Below are positions 14,012 through 26,260 of a stretch of DNA of 64,000 nt, piece by piece (position 1 is the first letter of the stretch; every line of letters begins with the position of its first letter). The translations under genes and the position numbers were made by a program. Under the pieces are notes generated by a model. The model worked only from the letters and a program-made list of their open reading frames with translations, was not told the DNA's origin and searched no databases. The stretch is from Octopus sinensis. Lineage: Eukaryota. The stretch is from contig NW_021834402.1 of assembly GCF_006345805.1 (NCBI RefSeq), forward strand, positions 1 to 64,000, written 5' to 3'.

Positions 14012-14257
14012 AATTTCTTTATTGCCCACCGGGGGCCAAACATAGATATGGACAGTACAACTGATGGGATCAGTGAATCGATATGATTTTACATAATGTG
14101 ACATCAAAAATAAAATACAATACATAAAATCGAATGGAATACACAGTACAAAAACAATACAAATGAAGCGATGATCAAGTTACGCTCCGATCCCACAAGC
14201 CCCGATCTACCGCTGATACCTTTTTATTTTTCCTTTTTTTTTTTTTTCCTCGTCTAT

Positions 14258-17200
14258 TCACACGGTTCCTTGCACGCACAACACTCGTGCAACATACTTC
14301 CATCTCTTTTGGAACGTACACTCTGACAGACACCTCTTCTCCAGCCACAGTTTCCTTTTCAAATGAAAAGAAAAAAAGGATCGTAAATTGTCACCAGAGA
14401 TAAAGTTGCCTGTCTTAATTCCTTTTATCCTAGTATTCCATACAGCCTCTTTTGCTATTGCTACAACCGTGAGAAAACAATTCTTACCTTCGTTCGTTAG
14501 AACTCCCGGTGGGTCAATTTTTATAATTGACTCAGTCGACAGCCGTACTCTTCCTTCGCCGGACAACAGATGTTCAGCATAAGCCCACATTTCAGTTATC
14601 TCCGGACACTGAACAATAGCGTGAGGGACGGTTTCCCTGTCCCCACCGCATCTTGGACAGGTCGGCGACTGACGTTTACCATGTCTTGCGAGCTTATCCC
14701 AAACGGGCAAGGCACCTCTGTAGCATTGCCAGGTAAGGACTTTGGAAGTTGTCCAACGTTCTCAACCCGAATGTACGATGAAACAAGCTGTCCAGTTGAA
14801 TAAATCCGAGACCTAGAGTCGACCCCAGGCCATCGTCGCATTCAGACTCTACCAACCCACTATATAAAATCCGTGTGGAACCCCCACCGCTGGCGTTGCC
14901 CGAGCGCCGGAACAGCAAGAGGGCCTTACGGCACTCTTTATGCCACTCACTCGACCTCGGTCTACGAGAACACCAGGCTTCCTGTTCGCAAAAACTCTTG
15001 AACTCAGGGAACATTTGTCTGGCCAGCGGAGACCACACCCGTTCACTATCCAGGAGAATCCAGAGGTGCCTCAACCTCAACGCATGTCTGCGCATCATTA
15101 ACCAAGGCATCCCTAAACCTCCATTTAAAGGCTTTTGACAGCAGACAGAGCGTTTCACAAGTGGCGACCTGCCCTTCCACAAAAAGCGAAAGAGCTGTCT
15201 CTCCAACCTGATCAACCACGAATCCGGACAGGGCACGACAGTCAGGCGGTAGGTAATGACCGATGCGATAAACACATTGGCCACTTCCGCCCTCCCTTTC
15301 AGGGATAGCCACCGCCAAGACCAAGTCTTGACTACTGCAGCCACCCTGCTCAATACCTCCGTCCAGTTCTTCTCTATCTGGAGGCCTGGTCCAAACCAGA
15401 CTCCCAGCAACTTAACCGGTCCCTCCGTCCAGCGCCTAACAACACTGTCTGAAGGCATCGACTTGCCAACCCAGGTGCCGAGCTGCAAGCCGACCGACTT
15501 TTCCCGGTTAATCTTTGCTCCTGCTACCTCCTCGTAAGCCTCAATAGTCTTACCTACTTCACGTAGGCGTACCACTGTGGTTACACTGATAGTGATATCA
15601 TCCGCGAAAGCCGTAACAACTCCTCTAGTCCTGGTTCTCTCGGGATGCCACTCAACCTTTGCAGTAATGGCTCGAGAGCCATCACATACAAAAGTGGTGA
15701 AAGCGGACATCCTTGACGAACCGAGCGTCTGATGCAGAACGGCTTCGAAAGGAAACCGTTCACCGAACTATCGAGTCAATGTTGTGGTACAAAGCGATAA
15801 ACCACCTGAGGAAGCCAAGGCCCAGGCCAAACCGCGCAAGTACAGTCGCTAGGTATCGATGGTCAACCCTATCAAAAGCTTTAGACTGGTCCAAATGCAC
15901 CAATGCCCCACCTTTGCCAGATTTATTACCAAACCTCTCTATGGTATAGCGAATAAGATGGAGGGTATCCTGAATGGTTCTGCCTGGGATGGCACATGTC
16001 TGTGCCTCCCCGACTATACCATTCGCGACACGCGCCAACCTTTTTGCTAGAACCTTGGCCAAAATCTTCACTTCTGCGTTTAACAGAGTGATGGGCCTGA
16101 AATTCTCTAGAACGTCCCCCTTGTCCGGGTCCTTTCTGACCAACGTCACTACTCCCCGGCGCACAGATCTGGGGATAAACCCATTCTGTTTCCAGTTCGC
16201 GTACACGTCAGTCAGTAGTTGCCCGAACAAGTCTGGCTACATTAACAGCTCGTAAGCTCGTACGGAAGACCATCAAGTCCCGGTGACTTACCCGCTTTAC
16301 AATCGGCCAAAGCCTCCATCACCTCCTCAAGTGTGATTGGCCCTTCGCAAGACTCCGCATCCGACCCCGAGAGGCACGGCAGCCCGGTAAGAAAGTCCTC
16401 GAGGGCTCTCCCACCACCAGGACCGCCGTCACCCCCGAACAGCTGGGCGAAGTACTCCCGAAAGACCTCACACATTTTCTCGGGTTCGTTTATCAAGACA
16501 CCATTTTGATTCGTCAAAGACCGAATAGAGGAACTATTTCCTTGCCGAGCTTCCACCACTCGGGCCCATCCAGCGGCTTTGATTCCTTCACTTCCCATTG
16601 CACGTAACTTAGCTCTGGTAATACTTCCCATGTGGTGGGCTTCAAGATGCTGGTTTAACTCCAGTCTTTTCACCCTCGCTTGGTCTGTATTACCAGTCCT
16701 CCAGGCTTCTTCTAGTTCCTTAACTAGACCATCTCCTATTTTACGTCCCTTCTTAGCTAAACTTATGCTAAACCTAATAGACTCATATTTGATGGCTCTT
16801 TTTAGGGCGTACCACCATTTGTTATTAATGATGGTACCTGTTAATGCCCTCTGTATTAACATCTTGATCCGCTTTCTGTACTCCTCAATCGCCAAAAGGG
16901 ACGTATTGAGTTTCCAGTAGCCAGATCCCTGTCTATGCAACTTATCTACCGTCAGTTTACAGGTAACCATCTTGTGGTCACTGTAGCTGACTAGAAAAAA
17001 CTGTGGACACTCAACTATGGACTTATCTTTTTCTCTAATTAAAATCCTATCTAGATATGTTCTGGTAGACCCGTCACTATTTGACCACGTCCACTGTGGA
17101 GTGTTCGGGTGCTCCAACCTATATGGATCTGCTAGCTGAAATTGACTTAGCAGATCCCGAAAGCCTGTGTTACATTTTCTGTTCATGTTCGAGTTTGAGC

Positions 17201-17658
17201 CAACACAATCTGTGTGTGCTGCACATATTGTATTAGAGTCTCCTAACACTACTAGTGAATGCGACGTGGCTAGGAACTTTCCTAGGCCACGAAAATATTC
17301 AGTTTGCGGGCCAATAATGTTTGGTGCATAAATAGCGACCAGCCTGATTGTCTTGCCACAACTGAATGTCAAGTCGAGAACGACCAGCCTGCCTTCTGGG
17401 TCAGAAAAACCAACTTTTTCTCGGCTACCCGTTTTCTTTTTAGTAGGACCAACACCCCACCCCCACCTCCCGCCCGACTCGGAGAAACGTATTTCTCGTA
17501 GCCGTTCAGGAGGGGGAGCAGATCTCTTGGCCCCTTCACCCGGTTTCCGTTGCAACAATTACATCCAAATTTCTCGACCTGATGTCATTCAGAAAGCGTC
17601 CTTGCTTCCAGCTTGACAACAGGCCATGAACATTTAAACAACCAATGTGAATAGCCAT
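14258..17658 (-). pseudogene. Tx1-like ORF2 (AP endonuclease, reverse transcriptase, zf-RVT), broken by several frameshifts
   Basis: Starts MAIHIGCLNVHGL (ATG at 17658). Motifs: [112 protein letters not shown]. Spread over track ORFs 16242-17558, 15760-16230, 15581-15763, 14694-15710, 14258-14710. Confidence 0.92.
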
Positions 17659-17669
17659 CACTTACCTGT

Positions 17670-19119
17670 TTAATTAGGATTGTCCGGTGGAGGGGGACCC
17701 TCCACCTTTTTTTTATCCAGGGTCGGAGGTGGACGGTCTTGGGAAATAGATTTGTCAAAATCCCGTCTCACCACCGACACAGAATTATCAGGTGGAGGGG
17801 GAATCTCCACCTTTTCCTTTTCTCGCGGATCGGAGCTGGTAATCCATGAAATATCGACTTGTTAAAATCTAATCTCAATGAAGAGTCTTTCTGTACTTAT
17901 TTTGTAGAATTCTATAAGTCTTATTTGAGACTTCATATATGTCGTAATTGATAAATTCCTCTGAAAGGTTATCAATTTTTTTTACAGTCTTTATGAGTTG
18001 AATGTCTCTCATGAGCTCAGTATCTTTAGTGTATACGGCTATTATGCCTTTTTCTTCTTTTTCTCTTCTGGCAGTCTTTTTTGGTCGTTGTTCTGTAGTA
18101 TCGCCGCTCTCGCTGGGTTGCTGGCTTGTATTTTTCTTTTGTTTGTTGTTTTTTTCTCATCTGTTTCTTCTTTATCTTCTTCCTCTTTGTCTTTTTTCTC
18201 CTCTTCCTCCTCTTCTTCATTTTCCTTGCAGTTCCTTCGAATGTGGCCTAATTGACCACATAAAAAACATCGAGGTTTTCGGCCCTCAACAAACACCACG
18301 AGGTTCTCCTCCCCTACCTCAATTGTCTCAGGAATTGTTTGAATTATTTTAGGGTCCGCTTGAATGAGAAGATTATTGTTTTACCATCCCAGCGTGGGTT
18401 TTCCGTAGCGGTAGCCTGGAGGAGAGTATTTTTTTCTACCTCTTTGATTAGGACTGCCGCCAACAACCACATAGGTTCGACCTCTGGCGGGACCCTTGTA
18501 ATTTTTATTCGCGACGTCCTCATCCCCATATAATAGGGTATTAACTCCACGTCGTTCGTTTTCAACGTTTCCACTGAGTTCTTGTGTGCTATTTCTTTAT
18601 TGGTGAACCTTACTTCCACCGTTCCGAATTTTTTTCCTCTTCTCAGAATACTACGTCGCCCAATATTGGCTTTAAGCACTTTTCTATTTTCTCTTCTGAC
18701 ATTCTTTCAATTTTTTATTTTGTAGACAATATGTTTTGAAAATTATTGTTTTTTGCTTTTCTTCCTGTAATAACTTTTGCGGAGGTTCAATTTTCACACT
18801 GTTGTCATTTATTTCCATCATTTTGCTGTATTTCATAATTTCGCTTTTATTCGTCGACAGTATCTGGGTTCCACCCCCAGCAGCCAACGCAAAACTTTTT
18901 TTCCATTTTTTGGTTCTATCTGGATGCTAGGCACATCAATTATTCTCTTCGACACAATGCCTTTGTTCTCTGGCAAAGTCGGAAACTCTTCTGGTGAAAG
19001 TTCTGACGAGCTCTCAGACACATCTCCAAAAATATCAAATATATTATCTCTCTGCTATTCCTTCTTGTAGCGGGGGAAACCCCTATTTCCTTGTCTGTAG
19101 TTGGCTCCTCGCCGGACAT
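17670..19119 (-). pseudogene. Tx1-like ORF1 (gag-like nucleic-acid-binding protein), frameshifted; start position uncertain
   Basis: Fragments 18833-19021, 18684-18887, 18344-18679 (IKITRVPPEV) and 18042-18299 (VEGRKPRCFLCGQLGHIRRNC = CX2CX4HX4C), followed by Glu/Lys-rich and Pro-rich tails. TAA at 17670-17672. Confidence 0.75.
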
Positions 19120-19351
19120 GTATTTCCTCCTCTCAACAGGAGAAAAAGTATTTCTGCTCCAACGGTAGGCTCCATGCTAGACGACATTCTTCCCCCCAAA
19201 GGGGGAATGAACAACGCGTGCTACCACAAGCACTAAGTGTTTTCAATTGAAAACTCCAACAGTTAAGTTATTCAACAGTTTAACAAGAAACAACAGTTGT
19301 TAACAATATTAACACCACGAAACAGCAATTCTTACTTCACGAACACATGCG

Positions 19352-19413
19352 CGGCAGACGAAATACGGCTAAGCATTTCGCCCGGTGTGCTAACGTTTCT
19401 GCCAGCTCGCCGC
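19352..19413 (-). mobile_element. 5' tRNA-like head of the SINE-B copy interrupted by the Tx1 LINE
   Basis: Minus strand reads gcggcgagctggcagaaacgttagcacaccgggcgaaatgcttagccgtatttcgtctgccg. The outer direct repeat tctgtttcat (12720-12729, 19414-19423) brackets head, LINE and array. Confidence 0.9.
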
Positions 19414-19544
19414 TCTGTTTCATTATATGGACAACCCCAACCAATCTTTCATGAAAGTTTCAAGATTTATTTTTGTGTCAAAATAGCCGAGTAAAAATAA
19501 TTGCTTAAAACGACAAGAAAGGAAAAAGGTACATATCCATTGTG

Positions 19545-19691
19545 CTGAAAGAGTACAGCAGGGTTCGCACCCACACTCTGTCGGAGCCTCGTGGAGCTTT
19601 AGGTGTTTTCGCTCAAGAGACACTCACAAAGCCCGGCCTGGGAATCGAAACCGCGATCCTACGACCGCGAGTCCGCTGTCCCTAACCACTG
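19545..19691 (-). mobile_element. SINE-C (C2) head fragment
   Basis: Nearly identical to 40085-40225. Confidence 0.8.
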
Positions 19692-20107
19692 TTTTATGTG
19701 TGTGTGTGTGTTAGTTCTGCTAAATATTACTATACACACAGACACACGCTTAAAATTGTCTTCCAATCAATGCGTAGGTTTTTTGCTAGATTTCAGGTGA
19801 GAACACAATGAGCTGCAAGACTCCACGGTTCTCAATAATATGAATAGAAAGTATGAAAAAGAGAAAGTGACTTAACGTAAATGTATGGGGAGAGGGGACA
19901 GGTGAACGTGTGTGTATTTCTGTGAGTATATTTGCACTTATAGGGATGTGTAAGTACATCAATCTATATGATGGATATACGTCTACACCTATATATACTT
20001 TTATATATATATGCTTGTATTTATACATGCGTATATGCATTCAAGCATACAACATATATCGTATGACGACGATGAGATGAGAAAGAAAAAAAGAATAAGA
20101 GGGAGAC

Positions 20108-20178
20108 GAAGAAGAAGAAGAAGAAGAAGAAGAAGAAGAAGAAGAAGAAGAAGAAGAAGAAGAAGAAGAAGAAGAAAA
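20108..20178. repeat. (AAG)n microsatellite
   Basis: Pure gaa/aag run. Confidence 0.95.
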
Positions 20179-20367
20179 CAGGGGGAAGAACTACTCAACT
20201 AGTCGGTCCATTGTAAGGACGACCCCAGTGCGTGCATAGTGTTCGATTCTGGAGAAATCGACTCCTTTGGGAGATTTCTGAAACCAACCTGAAACAGAAA
20301 ACAAAGGCATACAACCTACCTGTAGCACATCGCAACACCACCGCCCCCATTTGACACTGCCTCCCCT

Positions 20368-20449
<82 letters not shown>

Positions 20450-21805
20450 CACGGTTTTGTTTTGTTTAAATTCGCTTTGTTTCAGCTGATCACGGCTATT
20501 ATTAAGAAAAAGAAGAAAAAAAATCACGGGAGAAAGCGAGAGAGGGAAAGGGAAGAAACAGAAGAGAGAGAGAGAGAAAGAGAGAGAAGTCATAGTGATA
20601 GAAAGGTGTGTATGTATATATATATATATAATATATATGTGTGTGTGTGTATATATACACACATATATACGCATATATATTGGTATAACTGAATCTATGT
20701 ATCTATTGATACACACACACCATACATACATTCACAGATACACACAGACACACACACACATACACATACACACATATATATATATATATGTATACTCACA
20801 CACATTTACAGACACACACTCGCTCTTACAAACAAGAAAGAAGGGAACAGAGTCCGCGATGTTCCATGAAAGCAAAGAATAATTGGAAGAAAAAAGACAC
20901 AGAAAAAGTATAAAGAAAAAGAAAGATAGAAAGAGAGAGAGAGAAGAGAGAGAAAAAGATAAAGAAAAGCGACTTCTTTAACGAAGAGACGAAACTGAAA
21001 AGGGATCCGAGTGAACAGATTGTTGCATTGTCTTAACGAAGATCGACTTCAACATTTAGTGCAGTTTCTCGACCATTCTATTATTATTTGACCAACTATT
21101 ACTAATGGCTTTGCTTATATTATGAACCTGGCATTGATATACTACTGTGCCTTTCGCTGTCTTCCTTCTCTTCTCCACCCCCTTTTCTTTCTTTCTTTCG
21201 TTCTTCTCTTTCTTCTTTCGTTCTTTCTTAATCACTTTGTTCTTTCATGTTTGTGCTTCTTTTGTTCGGCTCCCAATTCGGAGTTTTCTACCTCATTCTC
21301 TTTCCTATCTATTATCTATCTTTGTTTTCCCATTTCTCTGTCTCTCTCTCGCCCTTTCTGCATTTCATTCTTCCTCTCTACAGGTCCCTTTATCTCTTAT
21401 ACACAATCTAATATACCCTTTCTGTCTTAACTGTTCACTCACTCACTCATCCACTCACTCACTCACGCATTCTCTATCTCAATGTCCTTCTCAAACGAGT
21501 GTATATATCCTTAGTCTTTTCGTTTTTCTTACGATTATGGTTATTATTATTATTATTATTAAACATATCATTATTATTATTATTACTTTTTTTTCTTCTT
21601 TCAAATTTGCTTCCATTTCTTGCCGAGTGTCTTCCCGACTCCTAGGACAAAGAAACTTATAGTATACATTGGTAGGCCATTAAACCAAACTCAATAGTTC
21701 GTTCATTTTTTTTTCTAAGTTAAATTAAAATACATGAGCATACATATTAATATTAAAATACATATTAATATTATTAATATTATTATTATTATTATCATCA
21801 TCATT

Positions 21806-21846
<41 letters not shown>

Positions 21847-21849
<3 letters not shown>

Positions 21850-22050
21850 ATTAGCTTCAAGGTTCATCCAAGACTGGAACCACGGGCCATACGTCCCCTG
21901 CCCAATTCAAGATCACAACATACATGTACACTGCACATAATTTCTTTTCTTTCCTCACAGGCCCTGCCGTATTTAACATTGTCCGAAGGAGATCAAAGAG
22001 GAAAATGATCCTATCAATTTTAAACGGAGTCTGGATAGATTCCTTCAAAA
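21847..22050 (+). mobile_element. CR1-group LINE fragment, same family as 36196-36625
   Basis: High similarity to the reverse complement of ~36410-36610. Confidence 0.75.
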
Positions 22051-22130
22051 TATATTCGAATTAAATGATATTTATCTCTCATTGGATGGGGTACCTTTTC
22101 TCTGATCTTACCTAAAAAAATAAAGAAAAA

Positions 22131-22544
22131 GGCGCAGGAGTGGCTGTGTGGTAAGTAGCTTGCTAACCAGCGACATGGTTCCGGGTTCAGTCCCACTGCG
22201 AGGAATCTTGGGCAAGTGCCTTCTGCTATAGCCCCGGGCCGACCAATGCCTTGTGAGTGGATTTGCTAGACGGAAACTGAAAGAAGCCTGTCGTATATAT
22301 GTATATATATGTATATGTTTGTGTGTATGTTTGTGTGTGTCTGGTTTGTCCCCCTAGCATTGCTTGACAACCAATGCTGGTGTGTTTATGTCCCCGTCAC
22401 TTAGCGGTTCGGCAAAAGAGACCGATAGAATAAGTACTGGGCTTACAAAGAATAAGTCGCGGGGTCGATGTGCTCGACTAAAAGGGTGGTGCTCCAGCAT
22501 GGCCACAGTCAAATGACTGAAACAAGTAAAAGAGTAAAAGAGTA
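22131..22544 (+). mobile_element. SINE-A, full length
   Basis: ggcgcaggagtggctgtgtggtaag to gactgaaacaagtaaaagagtaaaagag. Confidence 0.9.
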
Positions 22545-22592
22545 AATGAAATATAATAGTATAACTGAACAATGAAATACACGCACACACAT

Positions 22593-22635
<43 letters not shown>

Positions 22636-23065
22636 CTAGCAGTAAAGCCCGGCGTTGCTCGGTTTTGTTTTCTTAGTTGCGCTGAAAACGGCAGACTTTG
22701 ATGTCACCTTAACAAAATTTTGACATAGTTTCGATCGTTTTTGAAAAGTCAAAATTTTGCATTATGTAGTTTGTTATCCTCTTTAAGTGAATATTTTTCT
22801 GGTTGAAATACACCAAAAAATGGCGGCACACCAGTCAAAAAATCGTAAAAAAATAGGAATTTTCATAGAAAAAAAGCACCTTTTTGATGTAAATAACTTT
22901 TGGTGTGAACATGGTCCGATTTGAGGGTTTTTTCTACGGAATAAAGAGCAAGTCTTCTATCATACTCTCAATTTTGGTCAACTTGCGCCGCAGGGTGTCG
23001 GAGGAGAAAGTGTTAGTTGAAGGCTACCAAGCCTGGCATATCCCACACACACACACACAACTTCA

Positions 23066-23075
<10 letters not shown>
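22636..23075 (-). mobile_element. Non-autonomous Helitron, related family
   Basis: + strand ctagcagtaaagcccggcgttgctcgg ... acaacttcagttttatatata; same termini as 5426-5824. The 5' end merges into (TA)n. Confidence 0.72.
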
Positions 23076-23103
<28 letters not shown>

Positions 23104-23114
23104 TTTATATCTAA

Positions 23115-23158
<44 letters not shown>

Positions 23159-23892
23159 AATAGACATACACACACACACACACATATATATGTATATATA
23201 GGTGTATATATATATACATCAACAACTTGCTTTGAATGCATGTTTGCTGAATTAAAAGCCGTTATATGTTGTTCTCTTTCATAGTGTAGTACATTTGTAA
23301 CTCAAACAATTTAAATGTTTGTATTTGTGTGTTTGTATATGCTTTTCTCTCATTGCGTGGTATACTCTCTATGTCTATCTCTCCCCGTCTCCCCTTCCTC
23401 TCTTCTTTCACTCTCTATCATTGACAGTCTTTGCAGCATTTGTGGCGGACGTCGTTCGAAGGAATTCAGTTGAATAAGTACGAGGAAGTAACTGTCTAAA
23501 AGCAAAAGACAAACGCCATTGTCTCTCGCACTCTACTTCAACCCTAACGACTTTCTCTTCTTCTTCCTCTTCATCGTTTTCTCCTCAGAATAACTTGCTG
23601 GATTTTCATGAAAAGAAACGAAGCTCGCAAACAAACGTAAAACATCTTCGCCGTCATCTTGTATTCTTCAATTACTTCCCATTTAGTTTCAGCCTTCCTT
23701 TAGTTTCCTATTTTACATTCGATGTACATCTTGTACAGCTCACGCATTCTAGTGCTTTCGGTCTGTCTGTCTCTGTCTGTCTGTCTGTCTCTCTTCCGCG
23801 TTCTTTGTTGCGCTTTGCAGGCGCGTCTGCGTGCATGGATGTGTTTGTATATTTTTGCTTGTGTATATATGTACATATATATGTGTGTGAAT

Positions 23893-24490
<598 letters not shown>

Positions 24491-24734
24491 TAAATAAGTA
24501 TTCGCTTCCTTCGACCGTATCTCAGTCTTTCCAAATTGTCTAAAAGCATCATTATGTTGCTTTATTCCCAACGCAAAATGAAAATCCTGTCACCCAATAT
24601 CACTTTCGAATACTGGATCCTTTTCATTCACGTTTTTCCATTTCCTTTCCTTCACCTCGCTTTTTTCTTTCTAAGTACACACACAGAAGATAAACGCACG
24701 CGCATGCGTAGGTTTTGTGCTTGCGAGCAGGCAC

Positions 24735-24735
24735 A

Positions 24736-24772
<37 letters not shown>

Positions 24773-24798
24773 TATATATATATATATATATATATAAC

Positions 24799-24833
<35 letters not shown>

Positions 24834-24846
24834 ATATCTGTATATG

Positions 24847-24894
<48 letters not shown>

Positions 24895-24895
24895 A

Positions 24896-24956
<61 letters not shown>

Positions 24957-25088
24957 TATAAAAATATAATATATATATATATTACATATATATATATATA
25001 TATATATATACATTTACATATGTATATATGTATATATACAAACATATATATATTATATGTATGTATGTATATATATATACATGCATTG

Positions 25089-25133
<45 letters not shown>

Positions 25134-25940
25134 ATGCATGTATATGGCAAGTATGTAAATGTGTGTGTATGATTGTATTTATATATGTGTGTAAGCCGGG
25201 GGTTGATGAGCGCATGTCTGTATCAGTTTTTAACATGTCTACACAGCGCACAGTTGTGTATTGTTCTGTCGTTTTAATTACATTCTTACAATAATAAAGA
25301 AACCTTAATATTCAATGCTTATTAATTCTAGTAAACGTAACAAACCATTTATTTCTGCTCAACCAGCTTATTTTTGTCTTGGTTCTAAATAAACGTATAT
25401 TCCCTTTACAAATACACATACACACTCATACACGTATGTCATATATATATACATACATGCAAGAATAATCTTACGGATAATAACGCAGAGAGACGTTCAT
25501 TTATATATATATGTGTGTGTGTGTTTATGAGTGTATGTGTTCTCGTGTGAGTAGCTTTCTTTGTAGGTTGTTTTTGTTTTTTGTTTTTCTTTATCGAGAA
25601 TCTCGCAGGATTTCCACCATTATTGTTAACCTGTTGCTTATTGTCTGCTCTTTATTCACTGACGTTTTTATGTTATGTAATTTAGGCTTTAGAAATCAAC
25701 TTACGTTTCAGGATATCTCCATCATCGCCTTCTCTACTCCTCCACTCCTTCTTTCTTTCTCTCTCTCTCTCTCTCTCTCCTTCCAGTACTATACACTTAC
25801 ATACAAACATGTATTTATTCATATATATATATATACATATATATATATTATATATATATATATGATATATATATATGTATATAATATATATACATATATA
25901 TAGATATTTATATTATATATGTATATATATATATTTAACT

Positions 25941-26038
<98 letters not shown>

Positions 26039-26044
26039 TATATA

Positions 26045-26076
<32 letters not shown>

Positions 26077-26260
26077 TCGCTCCGTTATTCGTGTAGTTAT
26101 CTACTATATATATATATATTTATTTATATTTATATATATGTGTATACATATATATATTATATATGTATACATAATGTATATATATGCATATATATATATA
26201 TATGTATCTCTATATGTATTATATATTATTATATATATATATATATATATGTATTCGTTC
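24735..26260. repeat. Extended imperfect (TA)n tracts
   Basis: Direct reading; interrupted by short unique sequence. Confidence 0.9.

Larger units (their letters stand above)
14012..19351 (-). mobile_element. Near-full-length Tx1-clade (L1 superfamily) non-LTR retrotransposon with two frameshifted ORFs, inserted in a SINE-B copy
   Basis: Gag-like ORF1 with CCHC knuckle, APE endonuclease, RT and C-terminal CCHC all on the minus strand. Flanked by the 16-bp direct repeat cggcagacgaaatacg at 13996-14011 and 19352-19367. Confidence 0.92.

Noticed and set aside
13727-14086. Recurrent short ORF WYLIYRPRKDERQSRP
   Set aside because: Antisense translation of SINE-B; recurs wherever the SINE occurs.
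14218-14250. A-rich tract after the ORF2 stop taken as the LINE poly(A) end
   Set aside because: The TSD places the true 3' end ~200 bp further, at 14012; the tract is internal to the 3' UTR.
22131-22200. tRNA genes at SINE heads (also 40170-40238, 60380-60450)
   Set aside because: A/B-box-like motifs are present but acceptor stems do not pair and the heads run into SINE bodies.
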